Below, piece by piece: positions 47,136-58,600 of a stretch of DNA of 64,000 nucleotides (the stretch's first letter is position 1; every line of letters begins with the position of its first letter). The notes beneath the pieces were generated by a model. The model did not search any database. It was given only the letters and a program-made list of their open reading frames with translations, and was not told where the DNA came from. The translations under genes were made by a program, and so were the position numbers. This DNA comes from Marsupella aquatica (lineage: Eukaryota; Plantae; Marchantiophyta): assembly GCA_973895155.1 (NCBI GenBank), contig OZ316895.1, forward strand, positions 9,288,184 through 9,352,183, given 5' to 3'.

Positions 47136-49673
47136 TCACTTCGCAGCTGTACGGGGTATGCAATGCTGCGCCATGTTCGAGGAAGCAAAATTCTGCTGCT
47201 TCTTCAAGAAGTATGCAAAGGACAGCAACGTTTCTTTCTCTTCCACCACCTGAGCCGCGAAATGGCGTGCAACTGCTGGGATGAGCTCCTCCTGCACAAA
47301 ATCCAAGCGCATCATGAGCCACTCACCCTTATGAGTGAAACTTACTCTTCGAAACCACTTTCGAGTGAAGGGAAAGCTATATCCCAGCCCCTTTGAAACG
47401 TGGGAATTGTACATCCTGATCAGAGAGAATGTACTGGACAACCCAAATCCTTCGATGAACTAAGGACACAAAAAAGGGGACGATTCGCTATTTTCAATTT
47501 GCGTCCACCTATTACCTTGCAACTGCTTGTCACGTCACTCAGCTTGTAGACGCGCCGGTATCGCTTCAGGGACAATGTCTGTTGAAAGGTTAACGATGAG
47601 CTTTTCGAGTGAGAAATCGAAAACTCATTTGAGAGCTGAGAGGATTATGGCAAGAATGAAGAGATGTGCACAAACATCAGGACTAACAGCCCGTGAGCCT
47701 GTAATATTAGAAGGGAGCGCCAACTACCCCTCGCTGTCTACTCAACCGATTGTGCTCAGAATCAGAATCTGGCGCAGTCACCGGACGATGTACAACTAAC
47801 CTCAAGTTTGGAAAGGTCCACTTGTAATGGTCTTCTTGAATTTCTGACCAACTGCACTTTGGGTTTTTGTTCGACGTCCTGTGACACGCAACGAAGATCA
47901 AAGCAAGTATGTGTATTAGTAGAGATTAGAGAGATCCGTTGAAGGAAACAATCATAATAGATTTGAACCCATCGGGCCATAGAGCACGGTGGTAAGGCCT
48001 TACCATGGGAGTCGAATCCGAGTTTGGGTGATTTGTTGCCACCTGTTCTTGAGCTGGTGGACGGCCCGGCCGCTTCCTGTCTCCAAGCTCTTGGGCATTC
48101 TGGATATAAATTACGCAATTGTCAGCCAAATGCGATAAAACTTTGATGAAAGGTGCTTTGCAAGAGAGGCGAAAAGTTAAGGCAGCATGAAGTCAATAAT
48201 TTGCCACCTAGCCACTAGGCATGCTACCGAAGTCTGCCATTTCTGCACGGAGACCTTAAAGTGGACCAGAATAACTATTCAACACGATTTCGCGGAAGGT
48301 ACCTCTCGGCAACTGGGGCAGAGGTAAAATGCAGCTGAATCCACTTTATTGCCAGCTCCAACCTCACAATCTACATGCACCCATCGACGACATGTACGAT
48401 TGTCGCAACCAACCCACTGCGCATCGAGAGGACACTCGCATTAGCTGGTCCCCACAACCAAAGATAATAGAAAATCAGTTTCCGCCTCATAAGTGTGATT
48501 GGAGACTGATGTGAAGATTGTTCAAACAACTCATACAGCAAGACGTCGATCTAATCCATTGTGGGGATTGCTCTCTGGTTTGCTCTTTGCGGAGAGAGTA
48601 AGTGGCCAGGTGAAAGTAGCAAAAGCGATGAATGCCACACAACATCTAGACCTAACAAACCCGAACATGCAGGCAGAACAACATTGCACAAGAGAAGGGC
48701 CCGGCCAAAGGGTTCATTGACTCAGCGTACGCTCGGCTAAGAATCGGCGGACATACCTGTCACGCATGATAAACTCTCAAGAGACATTCTTCGAAAATCT
48801 TACGCAGTAGTGACTGACATTGCTCGGGTTCAAAATGGGCACAACGCTCTCAGAATGCTAGGAACCGGAACATAAAGTTATCAGTGTCACAACGACTCAC
48901 GATGGTTACAACTTATAGAGCGAAAAGGCCGGTGGGCATTTTGGTCTGAGCGGATCAGAACACAATACCTCCTTTCCGTCGAAACTGTCGGGGTCCTTCT
49001 CGCGGTAGATCTGCACACAGAATGGGCAGTACTTCCCCTGCAAGCAAACCAAAAACCCCTCAGGATTTGAGAGTAACGCTCGACATCGACGAAGAACGTG
49101 CACAAAGTGACGGAGCTCCAAAATCACCTACAACTGATAAATGAACGTTTACCTGATCGAAATTGATCTTGCAGGCGTTGCAAAGAGTGACATGCTTAGG
49201 CTCCTCCTCGCTGCCGTAGTTACGAACGTGCCAGCGGCAAGTCCTGTGAAAAGCCAACACTCCATTTTAGAGCTCTAGACGATGGCAACAGTTCCCTTGC
49301 CTACACAGATTCCGCTGTTGGGATGGCTCTAACTCATATCGATAGAAGGCGGATCGCAATTGAGACTGTAAACGACCAAGGAGTACGTAACATAGCGAGA
49401 GGCCCGACAACGGAATGTCCGCAGAGTGAATAAGCGTACCGCTTGCCAATTGTAAATCTTTGGGGCAAGAGACAGTTCAAGCACCTGCTCGAAGGAACAG
49501 CGGCAAGGCCGAGATAAAGATCAGGAAGGCAGACTGTGGATCGGGAGCCAAGACTCCTACCATGCACAAGTCATGGCTCACACAGGCTGACACATCCCAA
49601 TGCAAACAAGTTATGCTTACAGAGGGATCAGTACGTCCATATTGTGGGTCCAGCTTTGGTCCCGCGCTGCCAT
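47136..49673 (-). CDS. Putative Sin3/HDAC-complex subunit: GATA-like C4 zinc finger + PHD finger + AT-hook-like motif + SAP30 Sin3-binding domain; 9 exons, ~254 aa (start uncertain)
   Basis: Exons: 49673-49621, 49484-49440, 49243-49153, 49037-48969, 48416-48303, 48099-48004, 47878-47801, 47578-47516, 47291-47136. All introns are GT-AG and phase-consistent (765 nt). Motifs: CLNC-x31-CNAC; CPFC...CDNRTCRRWVHVDC...CPSC; KRPGRPP; VDLSKLETLSLKRYRRVYKL...KEELIPAVARHF...EKETLLSF. Extra upstream donors (~49933, ~50818, ~51857) suggest further 5' exons. Confidence 0.85.
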
Positions 49674-52600
49674 TAGCAGACTCCATTCATTCAGAAACAC
49701 ACGCGGACCTTAAAGCAGAAAAATACTCAAAGCATTCCTATCCGTTCGTAAAAATTCTCGGAGCCACAGAATTTCCGATCCAGAGGAATGAAGAAAATCC
49801 AGAAGAATAGCACTAAATGTAGTCCTCATAGGCTTCACTGTAAGAAATAATCTAATCTCCCCTCGGAAACTCCAGATTGTCATCACCAAGGACACCAGAA
49901 ACGTGAAACAAAGATAAACTACTAGACTGTCTTACCTGCGTGCAAGGCAAAATAAGGGACAACGTTCTCCTTTGAAATCAGTTCATCTCCATCAAAGATT
50001 TCAACGGAAAGCGTCTGAAGAGATCAATGCTCCAAACAATGAGTCCATGGTAGACGCATGCCTCGAAGAAACTACTGGACCTGAGATACACGCACTGCTC
50101 GCCTCCGAAGACTGGTTAAAGACGGTCACAAAGAGAATGCTTTCAATAAAACATCTCCCGCCGCGGACTAGCTCATAGAAAGAATTCCGGTGCTGGGAAT
50201 AGTATTTCCGGCTCCGTATTCCCAAATTTACCAGTTAAAGCTCACACAATCAGAGCTCCCAGTGAGAAGCACAAGACAGGAATGAAGGAAAGAGAACGCT
50301 CGCAACATTGCGAGAATAAGCAAGCGCAAGTGTTTAGAAGATCCTCATGAGATAGCAACCAGGCCGTTTCGTCATAACAGATTTCCAGATGACTGCGCGA
50401 AGGCCCAGATCACAATGGAGATGGGAGATGGGACTGAGAGTTATTGGATCTGCCAATCCCATATCCTGAAAAGCTTGAGAAGACTCCCGGAGAAAATCTC
50501 ACAGGGGATTTGCTATCCACTGGTAGTCTCCAATATCAACAAACCATGTTTAATAGGAGCGAACCTGACGAAACCTAACCGGCAACCCGAAACCTCCTCG
50601 GTATTTTTTAAATGTGCAGCGAAGCCGCCTGAGGCAATACTGGTAACAGTGAACTTGCCTTCAGAGATCCGCAAAATTTATGAAGCTTCAGTGCGCGTTG
50701 CCGTAGTATACCCGGGTCACACTGCTACTCGACAATTATGCAGTTCTAAGTAGTCCACAACACGGAATATGACGAAACTGCAAGAAGTAGAGCCAAAACC
50801 AAAATTGGTGAGAACTTACGGTCCATCTCCGGGAGATGTCCGCTTGCAGTGGGGATTGGAGCAGAGCTGCGACGTTAGCATTTGATCGAAGCAGTCAAAT
50901 AGGACTAGATCATTCGATGTAGGTGTGAAACTGGATACGACGTCGTGCTTCTCTTCACCTGCTCGACCTCGAATTTAGGCGCGAAATTTACTGTAAGCCT
51001 TCAAGAAGTATGGTACGAGTTTCTCTCGAAGATGGTACCGAGTCCAGGTGCTCAACACGAGGTAACTTGCAACTGAGCTCTCGAATGTTGGGCCAAAATG
51101 AAAATCCTCGTGCCGAAATGATCACTGTTGCTGATACTTGAAGTGGCGAGCTGTGCAATTTCATCTGAAAAGCCCTGACTACAGCAGTTTCCCACAAAGA
51201 GCAATAAGCTTCGGCAGAAAAACCTAACAGATATCCCACTCCTAGAATTCCAAGAATCCTGCCTCCCTGACTTACTTCAGACCACAACACGCAGACGTCC
51301 TCGCACAGGACTTGCCGGATAATACTTATCCAATCACGAGCGATGCACACTCCTCTGGGGATTCCCCGTAAGTCAAGACTCCTCCGATCGTGCTACAAAA
51401 CCACTCCTTGCCAACAATCCTGGCAGCCGCAGCCAATCCTTATCCCGGTGCTCCACAGAATTTTCCCTTGGCAGCAAATTGGTGTTCACCCGAGTTCTAC
51501 AGAATGCTGAGCTCTATCTATCCAATGATTCTGCCCCCTCCGCGGGACCGCTTGCTCGCTCAACGAAATCCTCGTCTCCACACATCAGCCGCGCCGCCCT
51601 GCTCCACACCAATCTCTCCGAATACGCGCGGGCAGAATTGTGCACACCTCGATATGATTCTCGCCCAACTGAAGTCGAAGAACACGTACGCACAAGAACT
51701 AACGACGACGAACGAACGAAGAACAAAAAGGTCGACGAAGCCGAAGGACAACACACTGATTCTGCAGACAACAGATCCCGCTCGTATGAAGATCCACACC
51801 TCCCGGGTAAATCAGATATCCACCAGATAAACACATAACACAAGAAACTATAACTCACGGTCCGCGACAATAATCGAGAAAAAGACTCCACTTCACAGGA
51901 AACACAACCTCCTCCACCAACAAACACAAACAAACACACTCGACATTCTGATCGCGATCTGTACGGATATCTCTAGGACTCGGTCACCGTCAGATCTATC
52001 TGTCGAACGGCTGAGATGACCTTCTAACGCTAACCATATCGCCTTTCTCATTGCTCACTGTACGCAGTTCGTCTGCCCGACGCGGTTCTGGATCGCGAAC
52101 GTCTTTACTTACTAATGCCGATCATTGTTGCTATTTTTTAATAAAGGTTTATTCTATTAATTATTATTAGTCGCCCTGTTGCACTGGCCAGCGCAGCCGT
52201 GAACCGCGTGACGCCCCCGCCGGGAGCCCATGCCCGGTGACCTGAAACCCGCCAGTCCACCGGCAGGCAAAAAATTTCTCACTCCCCCTACAAACAAGAC
52301 CATTTCCGTCTCTGACACTTTAACTAACGCAGGACCTGTTTATTGCATATTGTCCCCCTGAGCCTGATATAGTTACTGCTCTTCATTATGACCTCCTCGG
52401 CCAGTTACCTACACAGGATTCCAGTAACTTTGGAGTAAAAGTACCGTCTTACCTCTTAGTAAATTAAAGTACAAATGGAGGAGGAGATGCCAATGTCCAA
52501 ACACAAGGGTTGCTTGTTTGTTGCTCCCAGTGCTTTTTACAGATAAAGCTCGATCCAAGCCGTCAGCACAACAGCATTGACGACTCAGATCTATCCGGTT

Positions 52601-54817
52601 GGATTTCGCAGCACCGGAGACATCCAAGACTTTAGCTGTAGCAGAATTCCAAATAAAGCGATTGTGTTTTCCTCCGGAAAAGCTTTACCACCGCCCAAGC
52701 TCCGAAACGGCGATCCCCAGGATTGCTATGCTTATCGGGTGGGTACGAGACACAGTACTATTTAAAACGGATTTTCCCTCAGAGTATGGTAGCTCACTAA
52801 TTATTATCATGAAGTCCTTGTTATTATATTTTGTCTTTATATTTAGACTTTTATTAGAAACAGCTCCCATCCTATTTGAGTAACTCTTTGAAAATTTTGG
52901 CAGAATGATTGGCTCACACTGCAGTAACTAACTAGTGGGGCAAACTCAAATCTCAAATTTATAAGGGAGGATAAAGTACTAGAGAATAATAGGGCACAGA
53001 TTGACGAACACAAAAATAGCAGAATGATTGGCTCAACTAACTAACGGAAATAAAGTGTGAGAAACTCTAAATCTAAAATTTTGTTTTGGAGGATAAAATA
53101 GTAGAGAATGATATGGCACAGATTGACAAAAGACATCCTAGAGGAATAGAAAATACACTGTAGACGGACAAAGGGCAAAGGACAACTCCTGAAGGAAAGA
53201 GAATATACCTCAAAGGTGTATCACCTGAGTGACTGTTCCTGTATAAGGGGCATGAGCCCATTGCCAGTGCGTTGCACAATTGTCATTAGAGTTTATTTCA
53301 CTGTTGTGGCCATTTCATTATTGTGATTAATTCACCATTACAACCATTTATGTTTGCTACCTTTGTTGCAAAAAATCATTTAGGATTAGGGTCAATGTAA
53401 CTCAAAAAAATACTTCATAGAGAAAGATTACAAAACTATGGTTTCTGGTTTCCAATGCATTCTTCATAGCTATGAAAGTTGGCTAAGTTCCATCTCACAG
53501 AAAACTCTCCCACTTTAGGCAGACTTGAAAATTTTCACTTTATTTGTCTTCGTTTATTATGCAAACTTCAAATACTTTTAAAAACACTAGAAAACAAATT
53601 CATAAACTCAAAAACTATTCATAGCATTGGTTTTTTAATTGTTTTATGGGGAGACAAGTATACTTTTTGTTTGGAAAATGTACTTTATTCATCATGATTT
53701 GTCTAGTAATGACAAAAACAAAATTCTCATCAATTTTAATGGCTGGCAAATGGAAACAAAGAAAAAACCCATAAATGTAGAATCATAATGATCATGTTGG
53801 TAAGAAAGTAACTTTATATACAGCCACCTTCATGAGAGGAGAAACATACTGATTTCATTTCTGTTTTTTAAATGTATGTTTTACTAATCAATAGAAAGTC
53901 ATAGCCTTATTTTTGTAGAGATTTTATAATAATGGAATAATTTAATGTTTTGAGAATAGTTGACTATTCTTGAATGTGTAAGTGAGTTTGAGATTATGCT
54001 TATGACTTTTTTGGTGTGCATTCAAGGAATATGTTTGAATGAGGCATGGGGGGAGCTACACTCAAGTGGCATCCAAGATTTTTTTTAACATTTCTCATGG
54101 TGACTACCATCAAGGTAAATGTTTATATCAGTGCATATTTTTTATGACTAGAATTTGTGTTTATTTGTTATTTGTGAAGTGACTTGGTATTTTGTCCATT
54201 CAATTGACATGAGCAATTTTGTGTGAGTTTGTAGACAAATTTTGGCATAGCTAAGAAACAACCCCAAGCTATCAACTAAGCTTGAAATAGAGGTTTGTTT
54301 CTCTTTTTTTTCCCCATTGAATAAGTGTGATTGCTAAAGTTGTTCACTCATAAAGCTAAATCAAGCATGGACTATCTATAATTTAAAATCTAATTTTCAC
54401 ACATGTTATATTATCATAATAGTGTTTATTTTCAAATAAATTATCAGAAAAGCTAAAAATTTATAGCATTATCATATATGGATGTACAAATATAAGTATA
54501 TTAATTATTTACCACAACATTAGAGCTTCTATTTGAATCAACACAATAGATTTATCCAATCTTAACAAAACTATTATAAGTATTCATCATTTGCAATTTC
54601 TTTGTAAAAAGCAATGCTCTTGGTAGGTAGATGAGTCTTTTGTAATTGTGTTTCATATTTTTATGATTATCTTAGCTCATTACATATTCAGAAAGTGAAA
54701 TTTGCCCTTTGTTGGATTCCAAAAATGGAGAAGTTAGCTCTTTGTACCTAAAGTTATTCACTTAAGTTTACTATCAATCAGGTACTATAATTATAAGGTG
54801 CATATCATATTATTCGA

Positions 54818-55036
54818 GTTAAGGCAATAAACTATAGTACGCACATATGCAAAGGTCGGTGTAATGTTTGACCCCAATTATAACTTCAAAATCAATATAA
54901 GGTTACAAGTTAAGGCATTCTGTTACACACATCCGCAAGGGTCGGTGTATTGTTTGACCCCAGTTGTACCCTCAGAATCAATATAAAATTACAAGTTAAG
55001 GCATCCTGGTACACACATCTGCAAGGGTCGGTGTAA
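54818..55036. repeat. Imperfect tandem repeat, 86-bp unit x~2.4
   Basis: ggtcggtgta recurs at 54854, 54940 and 55026, with shared agttaaggca and aatcaatataa. Confidence 0.85.
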
Positions 55037-55444
55037 ATACATGAACTTCAATGTAAGCTTCACCATGACCAAACCCTCGCTTATTCACCCCACTTTCCTC
55101 ATGATCTTTCACCCCTACTTATATTTTAGTACTCTTTCCCAATTTACTTGTGTGGCGTCAAGAGGTTGAGAGAATGCTTTATATGTTGCTTACCAAGCTT
55201 ATTTATTTATTTTATTGCAATTAATCCTTTTAAAATATACTTTATACCCAACCTGAATATTTTTCAAATATTGATTTTTTTTCAAAGCCCACATATTGCC
55301 CAAGTTCTTCTTATTCTTTAGGCACCATAAAGGGCATAATCTAGTTATGTCAACATCCAAGCATGGATAGGTTTAGTTTGATAGAGTTGTTTGTGTTGAG
55401 AAGTGACATTATTCTTCACACGAGGCATCACACACAAAAGTAAT

Positions 55445-55660
55445 ATAGATCGTTGGATTCAAAACATCTAATGGTATAAAAGTCCTTTTTGAGCTAAGAG
55501 ACCACACGAGTATTGACATACAAAATGAATCTGGATGGTTGGATTCATAACATCTAACGGTATGAAAGCTCATTTTCAGTTGAGAGGCCACACAAGCCTT
55601 CACACAAGTCTTCTACACAAAATGGATGTAGATCGTTCGATTCAAACCATCTAATGGCTG
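55445..55660. repeat. Three dispersed copies of a gatcgttggattcaaaacatctaa(c/t)gg-like motif; probable DNA-transposon subterminal remnant
   Basis: Copies lie near 55447, 55533 and 55630. A related atctggaccgttgat motif occurs near 60457. Confidence 0.5.
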
Positions 55661-58600
55661 GATATTTACGGGTTGACGTGGAATTTTGACAAAATTTTCA
55701 GATTTACGGAAGTCTCTAACTAGACCCGTAAAAAGCGCCCTCCCCCTTCCCCCCCCCCCCCCCCCCCGCGCGGTTTCCTTTTGCATTTCGCTTGTGTACT
55801 AGTGTACTAGAGTTTTCAGGGTTAATGGGGAGTCATGGATACTTTGACAACTAGCGGTCCTTAAACCCTAACTAGAGACGGACCCTAATCAGGCCTGTGA
55901 CCAAAGGGGGTTTGGTCACATTAGGCTGAACATAATTTTTTTATTATTAAATACACTTAACTTAACACACAAAAAATGAATAAAAACAAAAAGAAACAAA
56001 GTAAACATAAAAGACAAAGCATCAAATGTTCTTCTCATCTCTTTTCCTCTGCCATCATGATCTGGCCTGAATACAAATACTATACACAATACATTGGATT
56101 TGTTTTGGTCGTTTTAGAACAAGAGAAATTGTATAGAAGTCCATTGTATCTGTAGGTATTGCACAACAAAAGTATCTTGGGGGACTTTTTTGGTCCCCCA
56201 TCACATAGATGAACAGACCATAGTTCAGCCAATTAGAGATGAGGAGGAAAAGAAACGGGAAAAGGATACTGTGCTATCCCTGTTTTTTTATGCACCTTCG
56301 CTTTCCTTTATGCTCTCATTTGGAGTCATGATCTACAGTAGAGGACTCACTCTAGAAAGTAAGCCTAGGGAGTAGCTATTGATTCCTGTTTACTAGTGAG
56401 ATGCAGGGTGCCAAATAACTATTCACTGAAAACTAGAGGTGTGAGTATCATCTTGTCTTGTTTTTGGGAAACAATACCATTGTGCTCGGCAGGGCAACTT
56501 TTGTGATACTTAGTTCTGGAGAGTACTTTGCATCTGTTTTTACTACGCTCCATCAAAGTATCCTGAACTGACCTTTGCGAATAGGAAGCTTTAGTTGCTC
56601 ATCCTTCACTTCACTAAATTATTTTTCGAACGTCACCAAATCTTGATCATCCTTCATCCTTGAAACTCTAAAACTCTAAAGCTGAAAATTAATATAAGTC
56701 ACAAAGTGGACCACTAGATGTAATGAAACCAATAACTCATCCCAAATTAAAATTTTGTTTTGCCTGACATTAATCTCTGGTTCAGAGCCAAACAAGTCCC
56801 TCCACTCCCCCAAAGAATTCAAAAAGCAGTTTTTGAAAGAATTTGTTAACTCTAAACCAAATTGCTAAATGAGGCTAACTCTTGCCTGAGGATACAGGAT
56901 CCCCAAAGCCATGACAAACTTTCAAAAACACACCCTGAGAACAATGACTTACTATAAACTGTCCATAACAATGAAACGTAATGCAAAGAATTCCTGAGGA
57001 ACACCCTCAAGATTGGCCTCCCACAGAGTTGGGCAGCACCTGCATATTTTTATGGTACTACAATTTATGCTAGTCCTTGAAAGGCTCAGTGAAAAGGAAC
57101 CCATTATTGTAGATTTTAATGGATATGAATATACATTGGGGGATTTCTTTGAATTTTGAGTCATGGAAATCCTGGCATGCACTGTTGCCAGAAATTTTCA
57201 GCCATGACCCTGACCAAAACCCAACTTTGGGGAAAAATTAATCCAGGGGCTTTGGGTTTGAGACAGGTCACAATATCTGCCCACTGGGAACTCAGCATCA
57301 TTGAATTTTTATATTCCATTGTTTTTTTCTGAAGGGTGGCAACAATTCTAGAAGAACACCAGGACATTCGCGCAAAGCAATTTTGAGTGCACTGATCACC
57401 GGAGTTAGTGGCAGTAGATGTTTTTGGAAGCCCTTCTCTGAAACCCCACAGTTTTGACCCACATCCCGGGCTGCAACATCCCAGTTGTGTAAAACCTCTC
57501 CGGACCAGAAACTTTGAGACTCCTTACGGGGTGTCAATACCGGCATGGGAGAGTATGGGAGGTCCGTCCGCTCCATCTGACATTCAGTGTCTCAAAACTC
57601 CGATGAATTGCAAACCCATCCCTTCGTCCTGTCCACGCACTGCCTGACGGTAGGCAATCTGTTTCTCCGGAGATCCTATGTCGACATCTTCGTTACTGCG
57701 ATTGAATGTGTAAGCTGGCATCGCCTGTATGTGCGAACAAGCACCACCCTGCTGATTCCAGGAAGATCTGTGCCGCGCGTTCGTTGATATCCAGACTGGA
57801 TTCTCCTCAAGGATCAGGACGCCATCCTCAAACAGACATTGACCCTGTAAATTATTCTACTGTAACCCACCACTTGAATTGGATTGACGACAGGCCATGC
57901 TGAAATTTTGGCATGTTGTTCTCTTTTATTGATTCTAAACCCTCAACCAATGGAGTCTCTGAGGGAAGAGCCAATCTCTTTTCCGCAGGATTTCTGGGTT
58001 ATCAGAAACCACAGATCATGTAAAATCCTCATCTCATGTTTTCAAATGGAGCCGATCCGATAAGGCAACTTGAGAGGATTTTGTGCTTTCTCAATCAAGT
58101 ACCAGCCCTGAGACCTGGAATCTGTGGGACACACATCGACATGCACCGTCTGCGGTCTAGCCAAAAATATGCATTGTAGCAGTCAACAGAAACGAGGGCT
58201 GGTTTGACTTTAAAGAAACACAGTAACATCATAAGCAGTCGCTAGAACAAATCAGAAGTGAAACACTGTGTTGTTGTCAACAGTCGAGACACGCTAGACT
58301 TCGAATGACATTCGTTCGTTGCCATAGGGACATGAGGGTCAAGTATCACTGCGTTTGCTTGATCTCGCTTCTCATCGGAGTAACTACGCAATGAACTTAC
58401 AGAAAGAAAACAAGATGATCCATCGATCAGTGACTCAACTTGGTTCGCACTTCCTGTGTCTGTGCAATCGTCAGGATGAGAACATGAACTTACTGCTGAA
58501 CATGAGTTTTCGATGAGAGTACAAAAACAGACAGACGAATTCAAAGAGGAGTGCCGCCCTTCAGCTGATGCCAACGACTTTCCACTTGGAATCTGAACGC

